From an uncultured Gammaproteobacteria bacterium (GTDB taxonomy: Bacteria > Patescibacteriota > Patescibacteriia > Magasanikbacterales > UBA922): DNA of 64,000 nt. The stretch's first letter is position 1. The number at the start of each line of letters is the position of its first letter. The stretch spans positions 9,573 through 73,572 of the forward strand of contig CAZFUL010000006.1 of the NCBI GenBank assembly GCA_964522435.1, in the 5' to 3' direction. A program made the translations under genes and the position numbers. Of this stretch, positions 1 through 9,875 are shown piece after piece. Under the pieces are notes generated by a model, which did no database searches, was not told the DNA's origin, and saw nothing but the letters and a program-made list of their open reading frames with translations.

Positions 1-607
1 GTAATTCTTTTAAATTGGGGGTGTTATCAATATCAATACCACCAAAATAATGCTCAGAACTTTGCGCAAAGGCATGGGTAAATTGAATCCCCCGTTTGCG
101 AGTTTCTTCATATACTTTGCTAAAATCTTGCACATTTTCTGGCAAAATCGTAAAGGCTAAGCGTAAATTTTTCATGCCTAAGCGTTGCAAGCGTTCTATT
201 GTTTCCATATCTTTTTCCCAAGCATGCGGAATTTTGCGAATTTGTTCGTGCATGTCGCCATAGCCATCAACAGACACCGCAACCCCAATATCTGGCTTGA
301 TTTGCAGAATTTTTTTCATTTGGCGTTCAATCAAGGCAGGCGTAAAGCCATTCGTAGAAATAACCATGCGTGCTTTAGGACAGCGTTTGTTCACCACCTG
401 AATAATATCTGGAATGTCGGTGCGCAAAAATGGCTCACCACCAGAGATATTAATATCCCGTAAGCTTTGCGGAATTTTTTCATATTCTTTCACGGGCAAT
501 TCAGGAAAATTTTTAATTTTCCAAATATCACACATGATACATTTTGAATTACAATTGTAGGTAATTCCTAACACGCAGTCGATAGGAAGTTGCAGGTTTT
601 GTGACAT
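1..607 (-). CDS. Radical SAM protein (C-terminus truncated by window edge)
   Basis: Manual translation from ATG at 607: MSQNLQLPIDCVLGITYNCNSKCIMCDIWK...NISGGEPFLR...STNG...VSVDG; CxxxCxxC and GGEP motifs. Not in ORF track. Confidence 0.9.
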   Translation of the reverse strand, partial: MSQNLQLPIDCVLGITYNCNSKCIMCDIWKIKNFPELPVKEYEKIPQSLRDINISGGEPFLRTDIPDIIQVVNKRCPKARMVISTNGFTPALIERQMKKILQIKPDIGVAVSVDGYGDMHEQIRKIPHAWEKDMETIERLQRLGMKNLRLAFTILPENVQDFSKVYEETRKRGIQFTHAFAQSSEHYFGGIDIDNTPNLKEL

Positions 608-689
608 ACCACCGGTAGATACGGATGCTCAAGTAACTATAGGCATATTGTATCAATGTTAGCACAAAATCGCAACGCTCCAATTACTA

Positions 690-718
690 TTTACAAAAAA
701 ATTACCGTTGGTTATAGT
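690..718 (+). promoter_or_regulatory. sigma70-type promoter
   Basis: TTTACA-17 nt-TATAGT upstream of ATG at 749. Confidence 0.55.
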
Positions 719-748
719 TACTCTATTATTCATAACCAATATCTTCCT

Positions 749-958
749 ATGGAGGGAAATATCACCAGCATGCTGGCGTCTATTATGGATCATGTAACCC
801 AGATAGACGTTACCATGCATGATCGCTTTGATGCGATTGAGGAGCGCATTGCGCAAATACAAAGAGGTCTTACTATCGTTGACGCAGCTGTTGAAGAACT
901 GCAACAAACAACAGACGCCGCCTATGATGTGCTGCAACAAAAACACCGTGCATCATAA
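749..958 (+). CDS. Small coiled-coil hypothetical protein (69 aa)
   Basis: MEGNITSMLASIMDHV...; heptad pattern; promoter upstream and terminator downstream favour this start over 656. Confidence 0.6.
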   Translation: MEGNITSMLASIMDHVTQIDVTMHDRFDAIEERIAQIQRGLTIVDAAVEELQQTTDAAYDVLQQKHRAS

Positions 959-968
959 ACAGGATACG

Positions 969-999
969 AAAAAACATGGGTTGAACCCCATGTTTTTTT
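969..999. terminator. Bidirectional intrinsic terminator
   Basis: AAAAAACATGGG-TTGAAC-CCCATGTTTTTT between convergent genes. Confidence 0.8.
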
Positions 1000-1016
1000 A
1001 TACTCCTCAGCTCAGG

Positions 1017-1505
1017 TTATTCTCCACGTGATACTCTCATAGAGAGCATTGCCATTTCTTGTTCTTGTGTTTTGTATAGTCCAATAAACCCATCGACATG
1101 ATGCATCATATCATCTCGCACTTGCTCTATTTTTTCATCAAGCCAAAGAATATCGTCTTTGGTTGCCATTGCAACTCGTATACTCGCACTGTCTTTTTTC
1201 GATTCTTTGCGTAAATCGGCAATACCTTGCTTTGTTTCCTTTCGTAGTTCCGCAATATCTTGCTTTGTTTCTTTTCGTAATTCCGCAATATCCTGTTTTG
1301 TTTCTTTTCGTAATTCCGCAATATCCTGTTTTGTTTCTTTTCGTAATTCCGCAATATCTTGTTTTAATTCTTGTCGTAGACTGGTAAGATCATCTTTAGT
1401 TGCCATTTCAGCACGAATAGCGGCAATATCGTCTTTCGTTGCAGCATTATCTTTAATAAACATAACGATCTCAAAAAGATCTTGTATTGTTGCTTCTCCT
1501 TGCAT
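1017..1505 (-). CDS. Coiled-coil repeat protein (11-aa KQDIAELRKET repeats, ATKDD motifs)
   Basis: Tandem hendecad repeats; ATKDD(I/L) three times; resembles Bdr/DUF1640-like proteins. Confidence 0.75.
   Translation of the reverse strand: MQGEATIQDLFEIVMFIKDNAATKDDIAAIRAEMATKDDLTSLRQELKQDIAELRKETKQDIAELRKETKQDIAELRKETKQDIAELRKETKQGIADLRKESKKDSASIRVAMATKDDILWLDEKIEQVRDDMMHHVDGFIGLYKTQEQEMAMLSMRVSRGE
1225..1365. repeat. 33-bp coding tandem repeat (about 4 units)
   Basis: TTTGTTTCTTTTCGTAATTCCGCAATATC(C/T)TG units. Confidence 0.85.
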
Positions 1506-1586
1506 ATATGATTATAGAATATATAGACTAATCATATCTTCCTCTCTACAAAAGGTCAACAAAAAAATGAAAAAAAACAAAAATGG

Positions 1587-2669
1587 TTATACGGCCTTTT
1601 TCTTAAGGCAGGATTGATACACCTGAGCATAGGCACCAATCATTTTTTCTAAGCCAAAATGTGTCTTTGCATACATTCTGGCAGCAGCTCCAAGCGTGCT
1701 ACGAAGTGAGGGATCTTCTAGCGTTGTTTGGATCATGTTGTGCAAGGCATCAACATCCTCTGCCGGAACCAAAAGACCCGTTTGTTGCTGTTGAATAAGT
1801 TCTGGAATACCACCCACGGCAGACCCAATAACCACACGACCCGCAGCAAAGGCTTCCATAATCACGACCCCCAAGCCTTCCCAACGAGATGGAACAACGA
1901 CCACATCGTGGTTGGATAACAACCCAGCAACATCAGCCGTTGGCACAAGAACAGTCACCTGCTGTTGCAATTGATAGCGTGCGACAAGTGTCTCCAAAAG
2001 TTGTTTATCTTCCCCTTCTCCCACAATACTCAATTGCCAATTTTTTTCTTGCACCCGAGCAAAGGCCTGCAATCCGATATCAAACCCTTTTTGTTTGGTG
2101 ATACGCCCCAGCATAAGATAGCGAAGCTCTTTCTTTTTTGTAAGAGCAGGCACAGACAAAAACTGCGATAGATCAATTCCCGGACGAATCACCTGCATGT
2201 CTGTAATGCCATAATGTTTCATTGAGTAGCTGCGTATAGCGTCAGAAACAGCAACATGGGTACTTGTATGGTGTGTGGTTTGTTTTTTTACCCAATTGCG
2301 AATAGCGCCATCCGCATAATTGGTGTTATGTTCTGTGGTAACAATGGGTAGCCCTACTTGTCGAGCAGCAACACGACCCCATATATCTGGGGCAAATAAA
2401 TGGGTGTGAACAATATCCGGGTTTAGTTCTGTAAGTTTTTTTCTCAAATCAGCAAATAACCCCAAACTCAATTTTCCTTTTTTTTCTACCACATGCACAG
2501 ACACATCGGTGGTGATTTGTTCTGCTAAACGAATATCATCTCGCAGCGTAACAATACTAAAGCGATAGCTGTGTTTATCAGCATGATTGACCAAATCAAC
2601 AACAAACCGCTGTGCTCCGCCAAAGGACAAATCGGTAATGATGTGGACAATGTGAATTTGTTTTTTCAT
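1587..2669 (-). CDS. GT4 family glycosyltransferase
   Basis: GGAQR, VHTH, LGRITKQKG and PSRWEGLGVVIMEA motifs. Confidence 0.92.
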   Translation of the reverse strand: MKKQIHIVHIITDLSFGGAQRFVVDLVNHADKHSYRFSIVTLRDDIRLAEQITTDVSVHVVEKKGKLSLGLFADLRKKLTELNPDIVHTHLFAPDIWGRVAARQVGLPIVTTEHNTNYADGAIRNWVKKQTTHHTSTHVAVSDAIRSYSMKHYGITDMQVIRPGIDLSQFLSVPALTKKKELRYLMLGRITKQKGFDIGLQAFARVQEKNWQLSIVGEGEDKQLLETLVARYQLQQQVTVLVPTADVAGLLSNHDVVVVPSRWEGLGVVIMEAFAAGRVVIGSAVGGIPELIQQQQTGLLVPAEDVDALHNMIQTTLEDPSLRSTLGAAARMYAKTHFGLEKMIGAYAQVYQSCLKKKAV

Positions 2670-2678
2670 GAGCCAACA

Positions 2679-4118
2679 TTAATTATCTTTTTTTGTTACC
2701 ACTGCAAGCGCCACCCCAAGTGGGAGCCACATAACACTACTAAAATACGAGGTATTAAAGAGTTGAAACCCAATCGCCGCAACGGCCATTAAGAACATGG
2801 TTTGATATAACAGTCGTTGTTCGCCATGCTCTGCTGCCCGATATTTTTTATACAAAAATACCAAAATATATCCTAAACAGGCAGTAAACAATACCAAGCC
2901 CAACACGCCATATTCCAACAACACTTTTTGGATATAGCCATGGGCATCAAGCGGATCACCAAAATCCATGGTAAAGGCACGGGTTTGTTCTAACACAGGA
3001 ATATACATACCTGGTCCGTAGCCAATAAACGGAGAACGCGTTACCATATAGCTCACAATGTCTGTGGTAAGTAAGCGTGATGCGGTAGAACTTTGTGCGG
3101 TATGTGATACCAAAAAAAATCCCATATAGCCCACTAACAAAAGCGCGATACTCACCAATATTGGTTTGTAGGCTTGCCAGTATGCGCTGGTTTTTTTTCT
3201 ATACTCGGGCGAGTGATACAGCACAAAGCCAGCCAAGGTAGCAACAACAATCCATGCTGCCCGAGATAAGGTAAGTAAACTCGCAATAAAAATAATCCCT
3301 GTCCCCCATTGATATAGGCGTTGTTTCCAGGCTGCCTCATGGAGCTGTTTTTGCAATACTACATATAACGAAATAGGCAGCACGGTTACCAGCACTTCTG
3401 CCAACACATTATGGTTAAATCCAAAGGGAGTAATGCCCCAAAAGGTATAGGGTTGCACGCGAAACACATCACCACTTTGTGCAACCACTAATGATGATAG
3501 TCCAAACAAGGCAGCAAAGAGGCCAACCCAAAACCAAATACGAAAGAGTTGTTGCATGGCCTCTTCTTTTCGTAAGACAACTAAAGGCAACAACACATAC
3601 GCAGCAAACACAAAGGCGGGTTTGCGGATAAGGGCATACAGACTTTCAAATACACGATAATCAAAGGCATGGACACTCGCTACAACACCTACCAGCAAAA
3701 ATGCGCCATACAACAAACAAAGATGAAGCACGAGTTTTTTTCGTTGCGCGGGTATGCTCGTTATGTGGGTCATAAGGGCACAGAGCGTTGTCACTACTAA
3801 AAATGCCGCAATAAAATCCACCACCGGGGCATCAACCGCATTGAGATACGGAATACGCCGCGACCATTCATATTGAGAAAAATAAATCCCAATAGTAGAA
3901 AAAAAAGAACATGCCGCCAAAAGAAGTATCCCCCCTTGGGCATAAACCAACGCGGCGATAAAGGCAACAAGCGCAAATAAGAACGCAGCAAATAAAGAAA
4001 AGTTCCCTAACAGAATCGTAATAACCGATACCCCGAAAAACAGGATCAACCAAAATATACGCCTTGCGGGTGTTGGTTCTTTCATGCCATGGAGTAAATT
4101 GGTTCTTGGGTCGGCCAT
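2679..4118 (-). CDS. O-antigen ligase family (Wzy_C) membrane protein
   Basis: Multi-TM; LTLSRAAW, PFIGYGPG, DAHGYIQKVLLEYGVLG motifs. Confidence 0.85.
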   Translation of the reverse strand: MADPRTNLLHGMKEPTPARRIFWLILFFGVSVITILLGNFSLFAAFLFALVAFIAALVYAQGGILLLAACSFFSTIGIYFSQYEWSRRIPYLNAVDAPVVDFIAAFLVVTTLCALMTHITSIPAQRKKLVLHLCLLYGAFLLVGVVASVHAFDYRVFESLYALIRKPAFVFAAYVLLPLVVLRKEEAMQQLFRIWFWVGLFAALFGLSSLVVAQSGDVFRVQPYTFWGITPFGFNHNVLAEVLVTVLPISLYVVLQKQLHEAAWKQRLYQWGTGIIFIASLLTLSRAAWIVVATLAGFVLYHSPEYRKKTSAYWQAYKPILVSIALLLVGYMGFFLVSHTAQSSTASRLLTTDIVSYMVTRSPFIGYGPGMYIPVLEQTRAFTMDFGDPLDAHGYIQKVLLEYGVLGLVLFTACLGYILVFLYKKYRAAEHGEQRLLYQTMFLMAVAAIGFQLFNTSYFSSVMWLPLGVALAVVTKKDN

Positions 4119-4221
4119 GTGAGGGAAATAAAGCAGATTAAGTATAACAGACCCTCCTCTACTCTGACAATAAAAGAAGCGCAGTGACCACCGTGAGTTA
4201 CCTGTTTGTTATTCTAAATTC

Positions 4222-4278
4222 AGAAAAAGATTTTTGGCCGTGGTTTATAAGCCCCAAATTGGCGGAATGTCTTTTTTT
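4222..4278 (+). ncRNA. Putative structured small RNA, copy 1
   Basis: AAAAGATTTTTGGCC-GTGGTTTATAAGCCCC-AAATT-GGCGGAATGTCTTTT; TG-n-TATTCT at 4207-4215. Confidence 0.6.
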
Positions 4279-4334
4279 ATTTTTCCACAACCATATACCT
4301 TGACATTGAATGTGCTGTCTGATACTCTAAAAAT

Positions 4335-4390
4335 AGAAAAGGCTTTCGGCCGGGGTTTATAAGCCCCAAATTGGCGGAATGCCCTTTTTT
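4335..4390 (+). ncRNA. Putative structured small RNA, copy 2
   Basis: AAGGCTTTCGGCC-GGGGTTTATAAGCCCC-AAATT-GGCGGAATGCCCTTTTTT; promoter TTGACA(4300)-17-TACTCT with extended -10 TG. Confidence 0.65.
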
Positions 4391-4393
4391 GTT

Positions 4394-4813
4394 TTATGTC
4401 TCAATCGGAAATATAGACACTAACCATTTTTCCCCTGATCTTTTTTCTTCCTTAAGTTGAACAAAAAACAGTTGTCCATCCTTTGTTTTTCCAGCAAATC
4501 GATGAAGAATTTCAGATGTTCTATCTACGTTATCCTTAGATTCCGGGTCAACGGTGCTATTTTCAATTAACTCAATAGCACAAGGGAAATACTTTACTCG
4601 TCTTATTTTGTCTCGAAAGTTACATTTTTCATGTAAATGATTCCAAAATAGTGGCAGAAAGATTTTTTCCTTATTAAAATATGCCGATCGGACATACGAT
4701 CTTCTTTTTGACTTCTTTCGTATAGTATCGTAAAGGCTATATGCCTTTTTGTATACTTCCTTATATTGCGTTCCTGCTAACGGCAGTGCCTTTGTTTGAT
4801 ATATATTCTTCAT
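4394..4813 (-). CDS. Basic hypothetical protein, possible RelE/BECR-fold ribonuclease
   Basis: MKNIYQTK...FWNHLHEK...RRVKYFPCAIELI...LHRFAG...FFVQLKE...KWLVSIFP; fold is an inference from the pattern. Confidence 0.65.
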   Translation of the reverse strand: MKNIYQTKALPLAGTQYKEVYKKAYSLYDTIRKKSKRRSYVRSAYFNKEKIFLPLFWNHLHEKCNFRDKIRRVKYFPCAIELIENSTVDPESKDNVDRTSEILHRFAGKTKDGQLFFVQLKEEKRSGEKWLVSIFPIET

Positions 4814-4858
4814 ATTGCATCTATTGATATCCGGATACATTCATGTTACGTTATTTAT

Positions 4859-4913
4859 ATAAAAAGACTTCCGGCCGTGGTTATTGCCACAAATTGGTCG
4901 AAAGCTCTTTTTT
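4859..4913 (+). ncRNA. Putative structured small RNA, copy 3
   Basis: AAAGACTTCCGGCC-GTGGTTATTGCCAC-AAATT-GGTCGAAAGCTCTTTTTT; promoter TTGATA(4824)-17-TACGTT with extended -10 TG. Confidence 0.6.
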
Positions 4914-4994
4914 ATTTTAATCATAAGGAATGTTTGACTATAGTATCATTGCACGGCATAGCATAACAGGAAAAAACTAAAAAAATACGAAAAC

Positions 4995-5023
4995 AAAAAA
5001 CCCACCGTTCTGGTGAGTTTTTT
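4995..5023. terminator. Intrinsic terminator
   Basis: AAAAAACCCACC-GTTCT-GGTGAGTTTTTT. Confidence 0.6.
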
Positions 5024-5254
5024 ATTTTCATCTGTTTTCCTTTCTGTTGAAAGAAACACACATGGAATTGGCCCGGGGTGTATGCGTAAAGCAACCCCGG
5101 GGATCTTTTACTTCCCCAGCTCAGTTGGCTAGCGAGCGCAGGTTGTGCGCAGGTCAGGCTCTATGAGCTGGAGAACTGTTAGGTGGGAAAGAGCAAAGGT
5201 AGGTGCCCAGACAGAGTGCCGGGGCAGAGTTGGTGGGGGTCCCTGGTCAGCGGG

Positions 5255-7738
5255 TTAGCGCTGCCAGGGGCCGCAGCCGAGGGCGGCGCGAGGAACAAAG
5301 ATGTTCCCCGGCGCCGCACCGCCGCACGCGTGCTGGTGCTGCACGTACTGGCGCGGAATCCGCGCCCACGCCGCCCCGTTGATGCTGGTCTCGACGACCA
5401 GCGTCTCCAGGGAGGGCGCGCCTGCATCGCAGGAGTAGTACGGCATGGCCGCGTTGAGGTTCCGGGCCACGCGGGCCCAGATCTCGAGGCCGCTGGCGCG
5501 GGTGCACGCCTCAACCCCGTTCATCTCGACGATGAACTCACTCGAGTTGGCCTCGGGGCCAATCTCGATGATGTCATCGCCGTCGGCGGTCGTGAGACCG
5601 CCGTGGATGAGGTGGGGCTGGCAATCAGCACCGCAGGTCATGCGGACGCGGATGGCGGCCGGAGGAGGCGGGGGCGGGGCGGCGACACAGATGCCGCCCA
5701 CGCAGTTCTGGCCCGCGGCGCAGGCGAAGTCCGCGGGGCAGAGGGCCACGCGGCAGTCGCCGTCGTCACAGACCTCGCCCACGCCGCAGTCGGCGTTCTC
5801 GGCGCACTCGGCGGGCGGGGGCGGGGGGGGCTGGACGCACCGGTTGTTGGTGCAGCTCCAGCCCTGGGGGCAGTCCACGACCAGCCGGCAGAAGCCGGGG
5901 ATGGGGTCGCAGGTCCCGTTGTTGCACTCTTCGCCGACATCACAGTCGGCATCCTCCTCGCACTCGAGGGGCAGGGTGCAACGACCGAGCTGGCAGACCT
6001 GGCCACGGGGGCACAGGTTGTTGCCTTCGTCGACATTGCCGTCGCCGTTGTCGTCGCGGGCGTTGCAGAGCTCCGCGGGGGGCTCGCTGCAGTCGAGATC
6101 ATCATCGTCGGTGAGGGTGTCACCGTCGCTGTCGAACCCGTCCGCGCAGAACCACTCCGCGGGGTTGCACTGCCCGTCGCCATCGCGATCCAGGCAGGTC
6201 GTGCAGACCCGGTCATCGCCGGGTGCCTCGCTGCCCGGTACCTGGCACACATGGATGTGGCTGGCCGGGAGGCGGGGGGAAACACAGGCGGAGTAGTTGT
6301 GGGCGGGGAGCCCATCCGCCTGCTGCCGGAAGTCACGGCAGACCCAGTTGGGGTTGAGGCAGGTGCGGTCGGCCAGGCAGGGTGCCCGGCAGGCCGCGTC
6401 GTTCTCGTCCTCGTTGGCGCTTTCGCCGCAGAGAACGTTGTCATCGATGGAGCCGTTGCAGTCGTTGTCGATGCCGTCGAAGGCCTCGGTCACCGGGTTG
6501 CCCGGCTGGCCGCTGCACTCGACAGCGCCCTGGTTGTTGCAGACGAAAGCTCCGGGGCGCTGACAAGCGCCCACGCCGACGGTGCAGGCACCGCCGACGT
6601 TGAAACCTTCGTCCGTGCGGCCATCGCAGTCGTTGTCGTCCCCGTCACACCGCTCGTTCTGCGGCGCGATGGGGTCGTCGTTGGGAATGCACAACGCGTT
6701 CATCCCCCCGTTGGGGGGACAGACCACGATGCCGGGCTGGGCGCATTCGCCCTGCCCGAAGGTGCAGTCTTCCCCGACATTGAAGTCTTCGTCGCTCTGA
6801 CCATCACAGTCGTCGTCGATGTTGTTGCAGGTCTCCTCGCCAGGGGCGAGGGGCTGGCCCACACAAAGGGCCGCGCCGGAGAGGTTGGCGGGGTTGCACA
6901 CCCGCTCACCCTGAACCATGCAGGCACCGAGACCCACGTCGCAGGCCTCATCGAGGTTGAAGTCTTCGTCGCTCTGGCCATCACAGTCGTCGTCGATGCC
7001 GTTGCAGAGTTCGTTGGCCACAGGCTGGCCCGCCACGGCGTCGCAGACGACGCCGTTGAGCTGCGCATTGCAGACCAGTTCACCCGCCGTGAGGCAGGCG
7101 CCCTGGCCGGCGTTGCAGGCCTCCCCAAGGGTGGGGAAGGTCTCGTCGGTCTGGCCATCGCAGTCGTTGTCGCGCCCGTCGCAGAGCTCCGCCTGGGGAG
7201 GCGGGCCCGCGGGGGCGTTGCAGACAACGGCGCCCTGGGCGTTACACGCCCGGACGCCCTGCGCGGCGCAGTCACCGTCGCCGAGGTTGCAAACGCCCCC
7301 GATGGTGTTGTTACCTTCGGGGCCGAAGTCCTCGTCGACGGTGCCGTCGCAGTCGTTGTCGACGCTGTCACAGGTCTCGGCCACAGGCGCTCCGGGCTGG
7401 AGCGGCAGGCCATCCGCACCCTCGCACTCGAGGGCGAGGAGGTCGGCCGTGGGGCCCATCACGCCCATCCGGTGACAGGCGCCGACGCCCGTCTCACAGG
7501 GCTGGCCGGCGTTCTCGAAACCCTCATCAACACGACCGTCACAGTCGTTGTCGCGGCCGTCCCGGAGCTCGGGGAGCCCCAGGCCGGAGTTGTTGTCTCC
7601 GTCGTTGCAGTCGATGCGGGCGGGGTCGGAGCTCTCGCCGAGCTCCTTCTTCCGCCCGAGGTTGAAGTCATCACCGCAGCCCGTGAGGGCCGCGAGAGGA
7701 AGGCTCACAAAGAGCCAGAACAGGATGCGCACGTTCAT
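5255..7738 (-). CDS. Cys-rich lipoprotein with MopE-like metal-binding repeats
   Basis: Lipobox LAALTGC; about 8 E-x-C-x-G-x-D-x-DC(D/N)G-x-x-DE-type repeats; SD TAAGGAG. Confidence 0.85.
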   Translation of the reverse strand: MNVRILFWLFVSLPLAALTGCGDDFNLGRKKELGESSDPARIDCNDGDNNSGLGLPELRDGRDNDCDGRVDEGFENAGQPCETGVGACHRMGVMGPTADLLALECEGADGLPLQPGAPVAETCDSVDNDCDGTVDEDFGPEGNNTIGGVCNLGDGDCAAQGVRACNAQGAVVCNAPAGPPPQAELCDGRDNDCDGQTDETFPTLGEACNAGQGACLTAGELVCNAQLNGVVCDAVAGQPVANELCNGIDDDCDGQSDEDFNLDEACDVGLGACMVQGERVCNPANLSGAALCVGQPLAPGEETCNNIDDDCDGQSDEDFNVGEDCTFGQGECAQPGIVVCPPNGGMNALCIPNDDPIAPQNERCDGDDNDCDGRTDEGFNVGGACTVGVGACQRPGAFVCNNQGAVECSGQPGNPVTEAFDGIDNDCNGSIDDNVLCGESANEDENDAACRAPCLADRTCLNPNWVCRDFRQQADGLPAHNYSACVSPRLPASHIHVCQVPGSEAPGDDRVCTTCLDRDGDGQCNPAEWFCADGFDSDGDTLTDDDDLDCSEPPAELCNARDDNGDGNVDEGNNLCPRGQVCQLGRCTLPLECEEDADCDVGEECNNGTCDPIPGFCRLVVDCPQGWSCTNNRCVQPPPPPPAECAENADCGVGEVCDDGDCRVALCPADFACAAGQNCVGGICVAAPPPPPPAAIRVRMTCGADCQPHLIHGGLTTADGDDIIEIGPEANSSEFIVEMNGVEACTRASGLEIWARVARNLNAAMPYYSCDAGAPSLETLVVETSINGAAWARIPRQYVQHQHACGGAAPGNIFVPRAALGCGPWQR

Positions 7739-8320
7739 GGTGCGATCTCCTTATAGTCAGCAGTGGGTGCTCTCGCCTTCCCCACTCACATCAAACGATG
7801 ATCACCATCTAGGTCACGCCGATATGCTTATGCCTCATTGGTATTGAGGTAAGCAATCATTGTTTCCCCGAGCAACTTTACCGTTACCCGCGCGTTCTCC
7901 TCCCCTAACGATGGGGCAAAGAACTGATGGCATTCACAATCTTTCAGTAAGTAGAGTTGGTTCAAGCGGTTGTACGCACAGATGCCCGAGCTGGGCAAAC
8001 CATACCCGAGCACCGTGCCGGGTTACTGTACGCAGGAAAGTGCTCTTTGTTTTTGTAGAGCAGCTTCATGCGTACAGCAACGCCGGAGGCGTATCTATAT
8101 TATTACTTTTATTCCTCAATTGTAAGGATCAAATTGCTAAACAGTCAGCGCATCATTAAACACTATGTTTGATCATTTGTCAATGGTACGCAGTTCTGTT
8201 CCCCACTGGCGCGAGGTACAGAGTCGATTTGATTCGGCCTCGGTATACGAGGCACCAGTGGGAGGGGGGTTCGGGGATTTGCTTGAGGGGAGAGGCGGGT
8301 GGGGCACCCGGGACAGCCGA

Positions 8321-9226
8321 TCAATCGGCGAGTTCCCAGATGCCCGAGATGAGGGCGCCGCCAACAAGGCCGATAAGCGCAGAAGGAGCGCAGTCGTAGA
8401 GGTCGCTGGGACCTTCATCTTGCTCTCCGCACAAAGCGGCCATTCCGACAGCACCAGCTGCCATCGGCACCGCCCATTTGACGGCGGTGTAGGCATTGGA
8501 GTGGCTGCCGGCGGGCGGCGGGTCGATGAAGAGCATCCGTCCCCCGTCGAGGGGGATGGAGCACTCCCGCCCCTCTTCCACGCAGAGCGTGGCGAGGGCG
8601 TTGGGCTCCAACACTGCCTTCATGCAGGTCTCCAGGGACTTGGCCAAGATGGAGAGCGTATCTGCTCCCACCCCGGCCGAGTGGGCCACGGTGATCGCAC
8701 GGGCTTTGGCCTCGCACGCGGAGGTGACCAGACCTTGCTGGATCAGCCGGTCCAACTTGGCGTTGGCGGCGTCCAGCTTGGCTTGGGTTTCTTCGTCGTG
8801 CAGGGTCAGGGCGTCGGAAACGCCCTCGATGGCGCCCATGAGCTCCGTGTGCCGATCCTCTGCCTGCTTGCTGAGCAAGTCGAGCCGGTCGAGGACCGGA
8901 CGGAGGTTGACGCCACGTTCGCGAGAGGCGATGCGCTTCGCAGCGCGCTCGCAGGCCGCGACGAAACCGCGGGGGTCACAGCGCTCTTCGAAACAGCGCG
9001 CTGCTTCCTCCAGCTTCTCCTCACAGGTGCTCGCGTCGGCGCGGGAGGCGCCGTTCTTGAACTCCTTCGAAGCCGCCAGCATGTCGGCGGCAACGAGACG
9101 AGCGGTGGCCAGCGCACTGGCGGCCGCGTATCGGGGGTTGTTGGTCGCATCCCCGGTCGCCGAAGCGCCCGAGGGGAGAAACCCTGCCAGGAAGGCGAGG
9201 GCAAAAAAGAAACTGGAAAACTTCAT
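8321..9226 (-). CDS. Secreted or membrane hypothetical protein
   Basis: Signal peptide MKFSSFFFALAFLAGFLPSGASA; coiled coil; C-terminal hydrophobic helices; SD GGAGGAG. Confidence 0.7.
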   Translation of the reverse strand: MKFSSFFFALAFLAGFLPSGASATGDATNNPRYAAASALATARLVAADMLAASKEFKNGASRADASTCEEKLEEAARCFEERCDPRGFVAACERAAKRIASRERGVNLRPVLDRLDLLSKQAEDRHTELMGAIEGVSDALTLHDEETQAKLDAANAKLDRLIQQGLVTSACEAKARAITVAHSAGVGADTLSILAKSLETCMKAVLEPNALATLCVEEGRECSIPLDGGRMLFIDPPPAGSHSNAYTAVKWAVPMAAGAVGMAALCGEQDEGPSDLYDCAPSALIGLVGGALISGIWELAD

Positions 9227-9272
9227 GATTTTTTCTCCTCCCCTGCCTCTTCAGCAGGGGGGCTCCATTGTT

Positions 9273-9875
9273 TCAGTTGTTGACCATGAGCCCGCAGCTT
9301 TCGCTGCAGATGGGTTCGGCCTTGGCGCGGTCGAAGCCGAGCTTGACCTGGTCGCTGACGCATTCTTTGATGCAGTCCGCGACCTCATCGCTGCCGGCCT
9401 TCGCCGGGGCGGCGGGCGCCGCGGGGGCGGGGGGGCTGCTGTCACGGCCGAAGCCGAGCAGCAGCGCCACCAAGAGCAAGCAGAGGACGATGGCGGCGAC
9501 GAGCGCCACCATCATTCCCTTGCCGTTGTTGCGGTTCTGCTGCCCGCGGATGAGGCCGGACAGATCCGTCGTTGCATCTTCCACGTGGCTCCGCACCGCG
9601 GAGGCCACGCGGCTCACAGCGCCGGGGGTCAGATCGACCTGCACCGGCGCCGCCACGGGCGCGGGGATGACCGCGGCCGCGGGAGTGGGGCTGGGCTTCG
9701 CCGGGGGCAGGGGCGGGAGCACCTTGGGAGGCGCGGCCGGCGTGGGAGCCGGCTTCACAGGCGCATGAGGGTTGTTGGGAGCGACCCCACCCGGAGGGGC
9801 GGGGGGCGGATTCGTGGTTCCTCCGGGAGGAGGAACCTGGTTGGGAGGCAGACTCCCAGTTCCGGTAACAGACAT
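9273..9875 (-). CDS. Pro-rich single-TM hypothetical protein
   Basis: Pro/Ala-rich N-terminus, TM MMVALVAAIVLCLLLVALLLGF, Cys-rich tail; SD AGGAGG. Confidence 0.7.
   Translation of the reverse strand: MSVTGTGSLPPNQVPPPGGTTNPPPAPPGGVAPNNPHAPVKPAPTPAAPPKVLPPLPPAKPSPTPAAAVIPAPVAAPVQVDLTPGAVSRVASAVRSHVEDATTDLSGLIRGQQNRNNGKGMMVALVAAIVLCLLLVALLLGFGRDSSPPAPAAPAAPAKAGSDEVADCIKECVSDQVKLGFDRAKAEPICSESCGLMVNN

Noticed and set aside
1127-1617. Repetitive alternative-frame ORFs
   Set aside because: By-products of the 33-bp tandem repeat
4222-4913. Repeats as a CRISPR array
   Set aside because: Irregular spacing, an intervening gene, individual promoters and no cas genes
5118-5145. AGCTCAGTTGGCTAGCGAGCG resembles a tRNA D-arm
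   Set aside because: No anticodon stem, T-arm or acceptor stem can be formed
5183-7756. 857-aa plus-strand ORF and other long overlapping ORFs up to 9965
   Set aside because: Antisense shadows typical of high-GC DNA; the minus-strand genes have SDs, signal peptides and motifs
8202-8262. Three-way junction as a hammerhead ribozyme
   Set aside because: No CUGANGA/GAAA core on either strand
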